From: Thermoplasmata archaeon
GTDB taxonomy: Archaea; Thermoplasmatota; E2; JACPAO01; JAHFTW01
Direction of reading: 5' to 3'
DNA: 64,000 nucleotides
NCBI GenBank assembly: GCA_034667725.1
Contig: JAXDQS010000003.1
Location: forward strand, 256,001 to 320,000
A program made the translations under genes and the position numbers. The notes under the pieces were generated by a model. The model searched no databases, was not told the origin of the DNA, and was given only the letters and a program-made list of their open reading frames with translations. Positions within the stretch are counted from its first letter, which is position 1; the number at the start of each line of letters is the position of its first letter. Below are positions 47,201 to 54,703 of the stretch, one piece after another.

Positions 47201-50113
47201 GGCCTCAAGGTCGTCCAACTGTTCCTCGACAGCGCCGCCGGCACCGAGCTGCTGTCGCAGGAGAACCCGACGGGCACCGCGCAGCCGTTCTACGGCCGCG
47301 GCGTCAACCTCGCCACCAAGCCCGCGCTCGACGGCCGCACCGCGACGCTGCGCGTGCGGGCCGAGGACAACGGCGGCAACGTCCGCCAAGCCACCTCGCC
47401 CACGTTCCTGGTGGACTTGACGGCGCCCGTCATCGGCACGCTGCCCACGCTGCCCGCCTGCGTCGGCACGGCCGGCGCCGCCATCCCGTGGACCACCGTG
47501 GACGGCGCCCCCAGCGGCGTCGGCTACCCGTACACGCCCTCCGGCCTCGCCACCGACCGCGCCCGGGTCTACCGCAACGGCATCGCCACCTCGACCTACC
47601 TTGCCCCAGGCGCCGCCTGGGCGCCGGGCACGGGCGACCACGGCGTCGGCTTCACGTTCCGCGTCGAGGCCGCCGACCGCGCCGGCAACGCCGCCGCAGC
47701 CAAGACCTTCGCCACCACGGTCACGGCCGACCTCACCGGCCCGCCGCTGACGCTCGGCCTCGCTGGTCTCGGGATGCAGCTCGTCCCGCTGCCCGGGGGC
47801 GCGGACGACGGCGCCATCCACCTCTACGCCACGCCTGGCGCGGACGTCGGCTGCGCCGGCGCCGCCGGCCTCAAGGTCATGGCGCAGCGCGTCGTGGACG
47901 GCGCCGACTGGGGCAGCCCCGTCGACATCACGGCCACCGCCGCCGACTGGAGCGACCCGCTCTCGACCAACGCGGCGCTGCACCACCACAACGTGAAGTA
48001 CAAGGTGTACGCCCAGGACAGCCTCGGCAACAAGGGCGCCACCAAGGAGACGCAGCAGCTCCACGTCGACTACCGCTACCCGAACATCGACCTCGGCAGC
48101 ACCGCCGCGTTCTTCGGCCGCCTCGTCGCCACCGGCACCGACCTCGGCAACCCCTACACGGGCGTCCTCGACCTCGGCCCCGGCTTCGGCACCGAGGACG
48201 GCGCCGGCCTCGCCACCGTCGTCGGCCCCAACGCGCGTCTGCTGTCGGGCTACACCACGCTCCCGATCCGCGCCACCGTCACCATGCCCGGCGCCGTCGC
48301 CATCAAGGCCGGCCCCACCGCCACCATGGACGGCCTCAGCGCGGGCCTGTCCGGCACCGGGCCGTGGACCCACACCTACAACGTGCTGGGCGCCGCCGTG
48401 AACGCCGAGCACGCCTTCGTGGCGAGCGTCACGGGCAGCAACGGCCTCACCGGGCAAGCCAGGCACCGCGTCTTCGTGCCCCAGGACAGCAGCACCATGC
48501 TGGAGGAGTCGGCCTGGACCAAGACCGGCACCGGCACCGGCGACCGCCTGTTCGGCTCGCCCACGGGCACCACCGGCTACGCCCTGCGCATTGACGCCTC
48601 GACGACGCAGGCCGTCGACCTGCGGCGCACCGTCGCCAACCCGTCGCCGCGGCTGGCCGTCGCGGCCGACGTCCGCCTGGAGCGCAAGGACGCCACCGGC
48701 GACCTGCGCGTGCTCGACGTCCTCGACACGGCCACCACCAGCCGCGCGGCCCTCGTCGTCAAGGACGCCACCCGCGAACTGTTCCTGCGCACCAGCGCCG
48801 GCGACACCGCCACCGGCAAGTCGTTGCCCCTCGGCAGCTACACCCACGTCGCCCTCGTGCTGCGCGGCACCATCGCCGAGCTGCACGTCGGCGGCGCCTT
48901 CGTCGGCGAATACGCCGTCCCGGCCGCCACGGCGGGCGTGGCGGCGCTGGCCACCGGCGGCACGGGCGGGAAGGTGCATCTGGACAACGTGCAGGTGCAC
49001 GGGCTCGAGCTGTCGTTGAAGGAGGTCGATCCGCTGCCGTTCGGGGACGCAGGCGCCTGGACGCCCGTCGGGCTCGGCGTGACGCTCACCAGCGTCGGCT
49101 TCGGCACCGACACCGCGACCAAGATCCAGGCCACGACCACCGCCGAGGCCACGATGCCCTTCGTGGAGTCCGGCACGCGCGGCCAGGCGACCGTCCACTT
49201 CCTGCAGTCGGCCACCATCTCCACGAGCGAGGTGGCGCGCTTCGTCGACGCGGACGGCGACGCGGTCCTGACCGCCAAGCTCGGCGGCAACCGGCTGCTG
49301 GTCTCCGACGGCCTCAGCGGCTTCCACATCTTCAGCACGCCGCTCAACCTCGACTGGCACCGCCTCGACGTCTTCCGCGAGGGCAGCGACGTCTTCGCGC
49401 AGCTCGACCAAGGGACCGCCGTCAAGCTCGCGGCCAGCAGCCCCGACCCGATCGCCGACGTGGCCGCCGGCCGCGGCGGCACGGTCTACCTCGGCGACGC
49501 GCGCAGCCTCGACAGCGTGCCGTTCAAGCTCGACAACAGCCGCGGCCTCTCGGAGGCCGGCGGCTGGACGGTCGGCGGCACGGCCGCCGCCGTCACCACG
49601 GCGGTGGGCGGCCACTGGACGCCGGGTGCGTTCTCGGTCGACCCGGCCGCCAACGAGGCCGCCTACCTGGCGGTCGACGTCGCGCCAGCCGGCAGCGCCT
49701 ACACCGCGAAGGCATCGTTCCGGCCGCCGTTCGCGGGCTCGCCGGCCGCCGACCAGTGGGTGCTCGCCTTCCTGGATGCAAGCCTGGCGCCGAAGTTCGG
49801 CGTCTACTCGCTGCCGGTCGGGGCGCCGGGCGCCTACGCCGGCTACGACCTGGTCTACCGCGACCCGGCCGGCGGCGAGACGACCGTCGCCGAGGTCCGG
49901 GGCTCCAACGTCTGGCAGACCGTGGCCGTGAAGGTGGACGCCAAGGCCGGGACCGTCGAGGTGCTGGCCAACGGCGTCTCGTTCGGCGCGGCGGCCTTCG
50001 CGCCCTTCCCCGCCATCGCCAAGGTCGCGGCCGGCGACGTCTCCACCGCCGCGGCCGCCAGCCCCGGCCCAGGCGAATACGACGACCTCGTGCTCCTGCC
50101 GGGAATCAACTGA
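35237..50113 (+). CDS. Giant (4958 aa) secreted multidomain protein: degenerate subtilase-like domain, parallel beta-helix, Ig-like repeats, C-terminal beta-sandwich domains
   Basis: Uninterrupted ORF with host-like GC3-rich codons; signal peptide ending PATQA; S8-like motifs near 36350-37500; seven DxxxN Ig-like motifs. Confidence 0.88.
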   Translation: MSQVRRAVVSARALSQARPLVALLALLMVVAPALAPATQAITVGPADVTQAVQEVRTTATSASSSARAAVTEAVLDAADPALDLALAELDQVEAEANAARDQALALLAQDAAWRDEVRAIPEALYGVLAILDQTLADARQAADPRPYLAPLSTLVAEQAALVEELRAAVAAATDVAPDAPVEADAPDEPTEQEHVHAAGYGEEEHADGQAGRVFADDLADDLGHRAYFAMDRNWAVVGAPISVASLSKPAATLAGVQWHFDEHPIAGVGFVGGDSGANAAAIVPSFEGDRLSVRPMRSGLHHLTLTATWEDADGTHLDRVTTPIYVEDPAIATLQALPPPSEWEADVVGALTSLKPGDATGAGGLDGLLLRDRPTVLLISDFLGGYDPPAGVVAPTQGALDALAESVASFDPDAGLGQIEAWGVTDYGADITHHGGAMAATLVEAGLANVVFASGIDPDTGVLDRAAIRNALLYAQHSGNIDAVLWGLPASAYLPGVLQNAARPNLNFQSTPMLPLAADAPLPAAARDWRAAPLMPADTSSVLTDLMKLGFALDPGSDGTGLIGRLHANLDQVYNRYKPLVEAVHNDLQFDAFLQTQLLALGEQGIPTVVPAEECAALASTYMTVLGLGHLVGTYTVAAGTKDDGVDPTSCKGPDRRAHGHGQGIDFVADPRPAKATLLDAVLPEARLIPYVEGSLGAAAKVAAKLADLRFRLRDDGHPWQGQDLAGILASHAESSDLSPWAEGIGFVDVDGIPSTLPRMFARQTGVTFQPFDLEAGKATGFAQVVVTGPDAATALATAATWDAEGGTQWRMADDGWGGRAVEQVTPETPGHIGVHQGDSVATAVAPDVTIVTMELQAEPATTSGGGWMGTPWAPPRDWLLPGLYSGRTWISTSAGVLQLPINLGVGTIVDVYRFLAPDKPVGDTLVCLALPDIVGDVLGLRETSHELGLDELCLYVASTDVHGIARFYTPLPVIPYKLISWFDGRFNTRGGGIGKVYPHIEVEDVAFPLPLNLAGAAAFAAEAVGSVAGYNPPPPDQLPEEGLQLGWAEVDATPENETHPIFVRADLPYPLLYVPINMTFQLAIAVNWRYRDNMETDHFVPVATTDVLGVLDLLSGGRLPGFVSDVYFEAVQTSDVLTKAAQGIEAQVLGAATDLPGLNGTILDDILGQGVLKSLPALSDVPGTCSWGYGHATSPALTPEMAPILAADDHAGWSAASFLADKVRPAVDREAKDPNQFAWPDTLTMRSRPTIENLLTMGLSLPLCTAAYPFNVPQPNYYPTSVVHSFNLGMENTILIVCISAGMDTVCWIILAGPEGPAIIVPWDLDAKLRELLKEANGLVNFGIEPLPEPADPTLADLTAGIRGLANVPQLNVDLPVLPGIQVGGDGGRITLATDLVTAGAQSGLITYTAIPLAVADTGLLDPIVGILTANGIDVASLARSARIDMGLPGGGLVDGAVNVTADLPALLRDSIQDLLGIESKVAISRGSLDLNAWWWDDSFFDAPIALNAHLPRSTTTDCLRSWDVATDPDLMAGPRWPADGDDPTCLRDADGDIVLQSGTVGTPNGGFDLGEDWWWRTFPNVDRQLFERGMRYWDPATLVPDRAAMQADGYPWAQPEMFEVLLEQFDDEEITGTLPNQNHFHAGNGHNAHDFVSTAAHCTREQVYDTITGDPLLNENGEYCYEGLLAFEEGNGYLFHDNTRDGSGIYDPDMGLGGVDAKLLPLLDLLGAPTVANPVVWSLGFEWGGTRATTPGLVENVTGHDPRELDWWSRGVSFTANRTIYSDQYSNTTLLLGDHFKPCEEISLFSRAPLFRMDGVYDKRPRWQVACPMLPGPTAVLARQADPTLPVGYVPAGFADPAAPAYWDWQPRRMDMGPDAQLLTAPTVDGWVQDGPLLAPWLEAPSEAPEGQAWFANEGVRCRRERWMGWAPGADAQARQAAIVRFYGQQAQDVHEVRVVVPEAGRSSLSGFKDECATYDGWTYWVRADVGFNGGAVPRWNAYIRNLHPLYSNGTFAVNLEAWNQCRATADHKLDGWSCAAPDPIAQAWRDLLAQAAVRHEEYVQPTTGAAVTTPLTDDVVDRYWVAKALDFFGMNVQESGYDYDGATDPTAAPAGVPVGPDRTERVVTVPLAANPDGWYGLSPDATEWDALFHNLGLRQADWNPNDPSVQVGGMALLQDSLADLSFLLRAYLEGDQAAALAWLASERAHPTLADPEIRKADYYEAAPAWTGATTGPNPFWTDVSGHLVPYVELDRPRRDPTGAPCVGHFWLGECHRFEVKMDAGDLTGIRAAGPWEKDRAANGAPLPKDKTAFIPQGSSYARWNRQHRVPVDLAVDGGLAIDELHALPATVSSCPGAATDFWIRTAEARHAPDGWTAAFLGPAGAPTASLPGWWTMTACAVDTTPWEAWAALVHFEPGAHTDPVSYALPPALGAALLPGDDVGAVKLLHAYYTFGETDPNDPIGKARVTVTTREAPSAEHPLGRDLGCWIDRRAQHGTVPHLEFRQFDTTFWNGVVRSGFYHNVEENAHQSWNGVSGLGGLLSGDDYDAQYDEPVPATRYGPWCVVPGEGGDPVLVPARSDREYIQQRLAWNMQGGTRHANRTMLAPANPFGPVGRPMEDSPLQLDVGALLRLLDALLNDVTALADLGIPVPDLSGAVAGVVADTRLLNHTGDIAQAAKDLRTTLEALPIDIGIEASAPDLVRFDLASPVVPLARVSIASDVTVAEAALRQTHSFPPGTQGIFLASLDGETWHHLPGRLRVGVTSGDAEAGERMEFLDLSAFRGQSVLLGTQLLGAGWGDASWRIDGLQAYGTGVATGVGPAMDAFPGSLGGAVAFDPPHTPGQTWASLGALAPGSVVHLKAPLTIPTGQTLTLNGVKLVAGRCGAAACAITVDGTLRMTGGEIAPATVAAPDASQVAQGALVQVHGLLEASGTTLRGLLGGIHVLGGKLVARDCWVVDTGVLGIASLFGELDVQDCVFMGQTVGLYTLGSRVRVEDNLFARMDRVAGAFDDSWGTLRGNAVLHAEKAGFLVKGILGAQNLAILDNVVRETSTGMGSLFALEQRILALDPLHGGVPLSARTRYQGNDIEFATLEGLFASDLAAPYFVGNDVTHDGYGATNGMLSDGAFHHNSLYTNFNGWMDPVRADPPQGDAWFEAGNAPRPFAPPVRRGPVPEDGNLLGGARGHSVAPGAMDYNYWGPERVGGSPEGRVPKGPGGFRLAAPPDKPMMAALTAPAYGGGALPDLLDATGGVLDPATDILGVGGDSQPFAGLPDLVDVDQVKLGLFRDRLVPLEVDVPPGVTAVTVQATFRETGFMQALQIADLDELADTSLEEFVGSLRDLVGTIVDDPAVTRTETWTLTVPGGQSHAGRTFAFDGIREAYVDVEVASFTVDPALWSPARMAAMGAVAVGTNAYQGDVLLTKDVRVHNSITWPLLLDLTTLVHDLTFTVVNETLATFDQTVLGVGLTASIDGASNAGLPVLPMPDGTLPLHGVPDLLTLAKDQDPVRGIEARFELGADATALAGVLTGIGMDKSVALPDVPEGLTLAVEARAMDASNLVSPWVGVRLLTDLHPPAIALDSECLSDTQGGVPYEVHEWRGTGWTAAHRASGVSNVAIRVAPAIEVEGGPQPFRVDLPFPGDDVTGAIPIPSYGMVDGMVYQVRGVAQDRAGNAGSDELTRLVVDLSGPRIQLGTLLDAIVSRAQSGKPFVGLGDLVGGKLAIRVDVDDGPTAVAEALRNSCGLLEASLEMRTAANGPWTTLASWSGDSGANHADLDHDLDVAAALSGRYLELRVRARDGANHQAEATTGNLLADLTIPVPIVLPDLPACVGDTLGTVAVQWGGRELIPTGGLAGSGLASGELVALKGAATTTLDQFTAPVGTMAVQQPYSLDPVARLTDGSYVLAVRLHDHAGNSQLWSSVSGLTPAQAAEAVALGALAVDPHDPVLTEQTFRHWEGTVASLLTSDPLNGDLVNVDAAIDDALAGIYSCGLKVVQLFLDSAAGTELLSQENPTGTAQPFYGRGVNLATKPALDGRTATLRVRAEDNGGNVRQATSPTFLVDLTAPVIGTLPTLPACVGTAGAAIPWTTVDGAPSGVGYPYTPSGLATDRARVYRNGIATSTYLAPGAAWAPGTGDHGVGFTFRVEAADRAGNAAAAKTFATTVTADLTGPPLTLGLAGLGMQLVPLPGGADDGAIHLYATPGADVGCAGAAGLKVMAQRVVDGADWGSPVDITATAADWSDPLSTNAALHHHNVKYKVYAQDSLGNKGATKETQQLHVDYRYPNIDLGSTAAFFGRLVATGTDLGNPYTGVLDLGPGFGTEDGAGLATVVGPNARLLSGYTTLPIRATVTMPGAVAIKAGPTATMDGLSAGLSGTGPWTHTYNVLGAAVNAEHAFVASVTGSNGLTGQARHRVFVPQDSSTMLEESAWTKTGTGTGDRLFGSPTGTTGYALRIDASTTQAVDLRRTVANPSPRLAVAADVRLERKDATGDLRVLDVLDTATTSRAALVVKDATRELFLRTSAGDTATGKSLPLGSYTHVALVLRGTIAELHVGGAFVGEYAVPAATAGVAALATGGTGGKVHLDNVQVHGLELSLKEVDPLPFGDAGAWTPVGLGVTLTSVGFGTDTATKIQATTTAEATMPFVESGTRGQATVHFLQSATISTSEVARFVDADGDAVLTAKLGGNRLLVSDGLSGFHIFSTPLNLDWHRLDVFREGSDVFAQLDQGTAVKLAASSPDPIADVAAGRGGTVYLGDARSLDSVPFKLDNSRGLSEAGGWTVGGTAAAVTTAVGGHWTPGAFSVDPAANEAAYLAVDVAPAGSAYTAKASFRPPFAGSPAADQWVLAFLDASLAPKFGVYSLPVGAPGAYAGYDLVYRDPAGGETTVAEVRGSNVWQTVAVKVDAKAGTVEVLANGVSFGAAAFAPFPAIAKVAAGDVSTAAAASPGPGEYDDLVLLPGIN

Positions 50114-50124
50114 GGGAACCACCC

Positions 50125-51297
50125 ATGCGAAACAACCACCGAACCACCGCCGCCGCGCTCGTGACCGCCCTCGCCTTCAGCCTGGGCGCGCTCGCGCACC
50201 TCCCGTTGCCCGCCGCCGGCGCCTACCTGGCGCCGTCGCAGTCCGCGACCATCTCGTCCGACCCCGTCAACGGCACGGACTTCACGACCGGGTACGACCC
50301 CGACGTGCGCAACCAGGACGGCACGCTCATCGGCGACGGCGTCGAGCCTGTGCCCGGCGCCACCGGCAAGCTGGTCAACGGCCAGTTCGGCTGGCTGAAA
50401 GGCACTGGCAAGCACATCCTGAGCCCCCAGGAAAGCCTGGACGGCCAGCTGAGCGAGCTGCGGCTGGTGCCCGGCCTCGGCTGGTTCTGGAGCATCGACC
50501 GCCCCAGCCAGATCTCCGACGACGACCTGCACACCAGCGAGGTCGCCACCGCCACCCTGTCCCCCGTCGCCGGCGAGTACCTGCGCGTGTCGCTCTCCTG
50601 GAGCTCGCCCACCTGCGGCGCCTCCTACACGCAGCGCGACATCTGGAACGCGGGCGCGCCCATGAGCGGCCTCAAGCTCGGCGTCTTCTACCAGAAGGAC
50701 CCCGTCAACTTCATGGACAACCCGAACAATGTCGAGGAGGTCGCCAACATGCGGCATGACCGCCTGGTCCTGAACGTCGACGCCACCCCCGCCTCGGCCC
50801 TTTGCCAGGCCACCGTCGAGTACGCCTTCAACCTCCGCTTCGTCTTCGAGACCTCGTACATCAGCCCGTGGGACGGCACCGGCGCGTTGTCGAACCTCGG
50901 CGCCCAGCGGGAGGAGATGCGCGCCTGGGTCGTCCAGCCCGGCGCCACCCAGGCCCCGGCCACGGCCAGCCAGCCGAGCGACGTGCTGTACGCGCCCGTC
51001 ATCCCGCTGGTGTGGGTCTGCTCCGAGCTGCCCCGCGAAGCCCCCGACGCTTGCGCCCAGACCGCGATGGCCAACGCCCGCGCCGGCGGCCCCAAGGCGG
51101 TCGTGTTCCCAGACCCCACGAACGGCTGGCACACGCTCGTCATGAAGGTCTACCCGACCGGCGTCGTCCAAGGCTCCCGGACCTACGTGCCCGACCCCTA
51201 CACGTCGTACACTGTCACGCGGACCCGGCTGGCGACCCTGGACAGCCTGAACTACTACAACGAGCAGCCCTGGCCGTTCGCGCCGATGTACACGTGA
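50125..51297 (+). CDS. Secreted hypothetical protein (390 aa), probably co-transcribed with the giant gene
   Basis: ATG 11 nt after the giant gene stop; signal peptide MRNNHRTTAAALVTALAFSLGALA. Confidence 0.8.
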   Translation: MRNNHRTTAAALVTALAFSLGALAHLPLPAAGAYLAPSQSATISSDPVNGTDFTTGYDPDVRNQDGTLIGDGVEPVPGATGKLVNGQFGWLKGTGKHILSPQESLDGQLSELRLVPGLGWFWSIDRPSQISDDDLHTSEVATATLSPVAGEYLRVSLSWSSPTCGASYTQRDIWNAGAPMSGLKLGVFYQKDPVNFMDNPNNVEEVANMRHDRLVLNVDATPASALCQATVEYAFNLRFVFETSYISPWDGTGALSNLGAQREEMRAWVVQPGATQAPATASQPSDVLYAPVIPLVWVCSELPREAPDACAQTAMANARAGGPKAVVFPDPTNGWHTLVMKVYPTGVVQGSRTYVPDPYTSYTVTRTRLATLDSLNYYNEQPWPFAPMYT

Positions 51298-51308
51298 CGG
51301 CGGGCCGC

Positions 51309-51330
51309 TCCTTTTCCTCCTCTTTCTTCT
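51309..51330 (+). terminator. Pyrimidine-rich tract, archaeal-type terminator candidate
   Basis: tccttttcctcctctttcttct between the convergent stops of the secreted protein and hutH. Confidence 0.5.
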
Positions 51331-52864
51331 AGTCCAGCCTGACGCCCGCCTTCGCCACCGCCGCCCGCAGCGTCCCCTCGCGCAGCAGCCGCGCCACCGC
51401 GGCGACGTCGTCGGCGAGGATGCGGTCCTTGTCGAGCTTCGGCACGCGGGCCCGGATGGCGCGGTGCGCCGCCGCGGAGCCGGCGCCGGGCGCAAGCGGC
51501 GCCTTGAAGTCGAGCGCCTGGGCGGCGCAGAGCGCCTCGATGGCGACCACGTTGCGGGCGTTCTCCAGCACTTGGCCGAGCTTGAGCGCCGAGATGCTGC
51601 CCATGCTGACGTGGTCCTCCTGGTTGGCGCTGGTCGGGATCGAGTCCACGCTCGCGGGGTGGGCGTGCACCTTGTTCTCGGACACCAGCGCCGCCGCGAC
51701 GTACTGCGCGATCATGAAGCCGGAGTTGAGGCCGCCCGCGTCCACCAGGAACGGCTTGAGCCCCTCGCTCAGGTCCGGGTTGACGAGGCGCTCGACCCGG
51801 CGCTCCGCGATGCTGGCCACCTCGGCCAGGGCGATGGCCAAGAAGTCGAGCTGGAACGCCAGCACCTCGCCGTGGAAGTTGCCTTGGCTGACGATGCTGC
51901 CGTCGGGGAACACGAGCGGGTTGTCGGTGGCGGCGTTGACCTCGATCGCCAACACTTGGGCCGCTGTCTCCACCACGTCGCGGCAGGCGCCCAGCACCTG
52001 CGGGATGCAGCGCAGCGAGTAGGCGTCCTGCACGCGCTCGCAGCCGGCATGGCTCTGGACGATCGCCGAGCCGGCGGTGGCGGCGCGCAGGTTGGCGGCG
52101 ACGACGGCCTGGCCCGGATGCGGGCGGGCGGCGTGGACGCGCGGGTCCATCGGCGCCGTCGAGCCCATCAGGGCCTCCAGGCTCATGGCGGCCGCCACCT
52201 GGGCGTCGTGCAGCAGGCCGCGGGCGTCGTGGACGGCGAGCACGCCGATGGCCGCCATCATCTGGGTGCCGTTGATGAGCGCCAAGCCCTCCTTGGCCTC
52301 CAGCACGAGCGGCGCCAGGCCGGCCTCGCGCAGCGCCACGTCGGCGGGCACGATGCCGCCGTCGGCGCGCGCGACGTGGCCGAGGCCGATGATGGGGAGT
52401 GCCATGTGCGACAGCGGCGCCAGGTCGCCGGAGGCGCCAACGCTGCCGCGCGACGGCACCATGGGCACCAGGTCCTTCTCCAGCAAGAGCAGGATGCGCT
52501 CGACCAGCAGGCGCCGGACGCCTGATAGGCCCTTCAGCAGCGTGTTGGCGCGAACCAGCATCATCGCGCGCACCACCTCGCGCGGGAGCGCCGGACCGAC
52601 GCCGACGCTGTGGCTCATCAGCAGGTTGCGCTGCAATTCGCGGACCTGGGCGGGGTCGATGCGGACGTGCGCGAACTCGCCGAAGCCCGTCGTGATGCCG
52701 TAGGCCACCTCGCCTTTCCGGACGAGGGCATCGACGACCTTGCGGCTGGCCTCGACGGCGGCCCAGGCAGCGGGAGCGACCTCGACGCGGGTGGCGGGGT
52801 CGCGGGCGACGCGGGCCACGTCCTCAAGGGTCAGGCTGGAGCCGTCCAGGCGCACCGGCTGCAC
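51329..52864 (-). CDS. hutH: Histidine ammonia-lyase
   Basis: YGITTGFG, GSVGASGDLAPL (MIO-forming ASG), QDAYSLRC, GNFHG and NQEDHVSMG motifs; GTG start inferred. Confidence 0.95.
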   Translation of the reverse strand: MQPVRLDGSSLTLEDVARVARDPATRVEVAPAAWAAVEASRKVVDALVRKGEVAYGITTGFGEFAHVRIDPAQVRELQRNLLMSHSVGVGPALPREVVRAMMLVRANTLLKGLSGVRRLLVERILLLLEKDLVPMVPSRGSVGASGDLAPLSHMALPIIGLGHVARADGGIVPADVALREAGLAPLVLEAKEGLALINGTQMMAAIGVLAVHDARGLLHDAQVAAAMSLEALMGSTAPMDPRVHAARPHPGQAVVAANLRAATAGSAIVQSHAGCERVQDAYSLRCIPQVLGACRDVVETAAQVLAIEVNAATDNPLVFPDGSIVSQGNFHGEVLAFQLDFLAIALAEVASIAERRVERLVNPDLSEGLKPFLVDAGGLNSGFMIAQYVAAALVSENKVHAHPASVDSIPTSANQEDHVSMGSISALKLGQVLENARNVVAIEALCAAQALDFKAPLAPGAGSAAAHRAIRARVPKLDKDRILADDVAAVARLLREGTLRAAVAKAGVRLD

Positions 52865-52910
52865 GGTGGGGCGGACCCTGGGGGGGCGGTTCAATGCTTC
52901 GCGCGGCCGG

Positions 52911-53585
52911 CTAGGGCATCCACCGCACCACCCTCATCCTCCCCCGCGCCGCGCACGCCGCCACGATGCGCTCCGCCCACGCCAGTTTCCTCGGCTTCGT
53001 CGTGGGGTCCCAGTCATGCGAATACGGCCCGGGCAGGCGATCAAAGTCGAACCCGAACAGCCGGACCTCCAACGCGCCGACGGCTTCGCACAGCAGCACG
53101 GCGCGGTCGCCGTCGGTGAAGCCGCCGAGGTTCCGCAAGGGCTCAAGCTCCGGCGTCGGCTCGACCTGGTGGGTGCCGTAGCCGGCGGCCAACTTGGGCG
53201 CGAGGTCCCGGATGCGCGTCCGGTTGTCGCCGTGCGCGTGCACCACCATGTGCGCGCCGGCCTGCGCCGCCCATGCCAAGTCCTCGGGGGCGCCGTCGAG
53301 GTCGGTGACGACGACGTGCGGCACCAGGCCTTGCTGGCGGAGCCAGGTGCAGGCGCCGTCGGCGGCCACCACGACCTTGCCGGCAAGCTGGCTGGCGGGC
53401 ACTTGGTCGAGGCTGGGCCCGCAGCCGAGGACGGCGACGTTGCGGCGGTTCCGGAGCTCGACGCCGAGCATCCGCCAGTGCTGGGGGCGCAACGCGGCCT
53501 TCAACTCCAGGGCGGCGGCACGGTCGGCCGCTTCGTCGTAGCCGAACTCGGCGCGGATGGCGTCCCAGTCGGCCGTGCTGGTCAT
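52911..53585 (-). CDS. mptE: 6-hydroxymethyl-7,8-dihydropterin pyrophosphokinase (archaeal, DUF115)
   Basis: FGYD...D, AADGA, VVTDLDG, HAHGDN, GGFTDGDRA and KLAWAE motifs. Confidence 0.9.
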   Translation of the reverse strand: MTSTADWDAIRAEFGYDEAADRAAALELKAALRPQHWRMLGVELRNRRNVAVLGCGPSLDQVPASQLAGKVVVAADGACTWLRQQGLVPHVVVTDLDGAPEDLAWAAQAGAHMVVHAHGDNRTRIRDLAPKLAAGYGTHQVEPTPELEPLRNLGGFTDGDRAVLLCEAVGALEVRLFGFDFDRLPGPYSHDWDPTTKPRKLAWAERIVAACAARGRMRVVRWMP

Positions 53586-54703
53586 GGGCGGGGGCGGGCG
53601 GCGGTGCTGAAGCTGCGGATGTAGCGGTGCACGAGGATGCCGCCCATGCCCACGACGAGGCCGGCCATGAACTGGACGAAGCGCGGGAAGGTGACGAGGT
53701 GGTAGATGTCGCGGGCTTCGAGGTAGTCGACGGCGACGTCGGCGGCGACGGTGCCCATGAGGCCGATGGCGATGAGGGTGAAGGCGGCGGTCCAGTGGCC
53801 GATGCCGGCGCGGCCGTGGCGGACCCAGGCGTCGAACAGGCCGCCCGCGATGCGGACCAAGAGGGCGCTCACGAGGTAGGGCAGGAACGCCTGGGTGAAC
53901 ACGGTGGCTTCCAGGAGGGCGATGTTGCGCACGAAGACGTTGGGGGGCAGGCGGTGGTCCTGGACGGCGCCGATGGCGGCCAGCGCGCCCACGAACAGCA
54001 GGACGAGCATGAGGCCGGTGGCGAACAGCGTGAGCTTGCCGGAGCGCAGCGCGCGCCCCATGTCGTGCATGGTCTGCTTCACCTTCTCCTCCCACTTCAT
54101 GGCGTGCATCAGGAGCCAGAAGCCGAAGACCGCAAGGGTCGCGCCCCAGGCGTAGGTCTGGAGGTTGACGAGGTAGGCGATGCCCCACAGCATCAGGATG
54201 ATCCCGAACGGCAGCACGAACCGCTTGGCCTGCTTCTCGTCGTCCAGGATCCGCGTCAGCACGTAGTAGAAGCCCTCCAGCCGCGGCGCCTGCTTGACGA
54301 CGCTGCGGTGGACGTGCACCACCTTCGTGCGCGACTGGAGGATCGGGAGGATCTGCTCGTCCTCGGCGCCGTCGGACACCAGCACGACCTCGTCGGGGCG
54401 CACCGCGGCCAGCACCTGCTCCAGCTCCGCCGCCATCTTGCGGTCGGCGCGGATGCCCATCGCCTTGTCGCCCGCCACGGCGGCGACCTCGACCGGGGCC
54501 CCGCCGCGCTTGGCGTCGGCCAGCTCGCGGTCGTAGAGGTGCACCGCGGCCAGCAGGGCGTTGGTGTCCGAGTCCTCCGGGTCCGCGAGGCCCAGCGCCA
54601 TCGCGGCGTCCAAGGCGCGGCGGCGGCCGATGACGGGGGTGACGACGCCGGCCTTGACGCCCAGGTCGTCGTCGCGGTCCACGCACAGGATGAGGGTCTT
54701 CAC
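53582..54703 (-). CDS. DUF373 family membrane protein
   Basis: LCVDRDDDLG, ADPEDSDTN, VSDGAEDE and VVKQ motifs. Confidence 0.9.
   Translation of the reverse strand: MKTLILCVDRDDDLGVKAGVVTPVIGRRRALDAAMALGLADPEDSDTNALLAAVHLYDRELADAKRGGAPVEVAAVAGDKAMGIRADRKMAAELEQVLAAVRPDEVVLVSDGAEDEQILPILQSRTKVVHVHRSVVKQAPRLEGFYYVLTRILDDEKQAKRFVLPFGIILMLWGIAYLVNLQTYAWGATLAVFGFWLLMHAMKWEEKVKQTMHDMGRALRSGKLTLFATGLMLVLLFVGALAAIGAVQDHRLPPNVFVRNIALLEATVFTQAFLPYLVSALLVRIAGGLFDAWVRHGRAGIGHWTAAFTLIAIGLMGTVAADVAVDYLEARDIYHLVTFPRFVQFMAGLVVGMGGILVHRYIRSFSTAARPRP

Noticed and set aside
35090-50122. 5010-aa ORF antisense to the giant gene
   Set aside because: Mirror-frame shadow expected from GC3-biased codons; no recognisable motifs, whereas the plus ORF has a signal peptide and domains
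50111-50125. Stop-codon readthrough (Sec/Pyl) fusing the giant protein to the next ORF
   Set aside because: The next gene is in a different frame and has its own signal peptide
51329-52864. Ergothionase rather than HutH
   Set aside because: The MIO-forming ASG motif is intact and hutU, hutI and hutG are nearby
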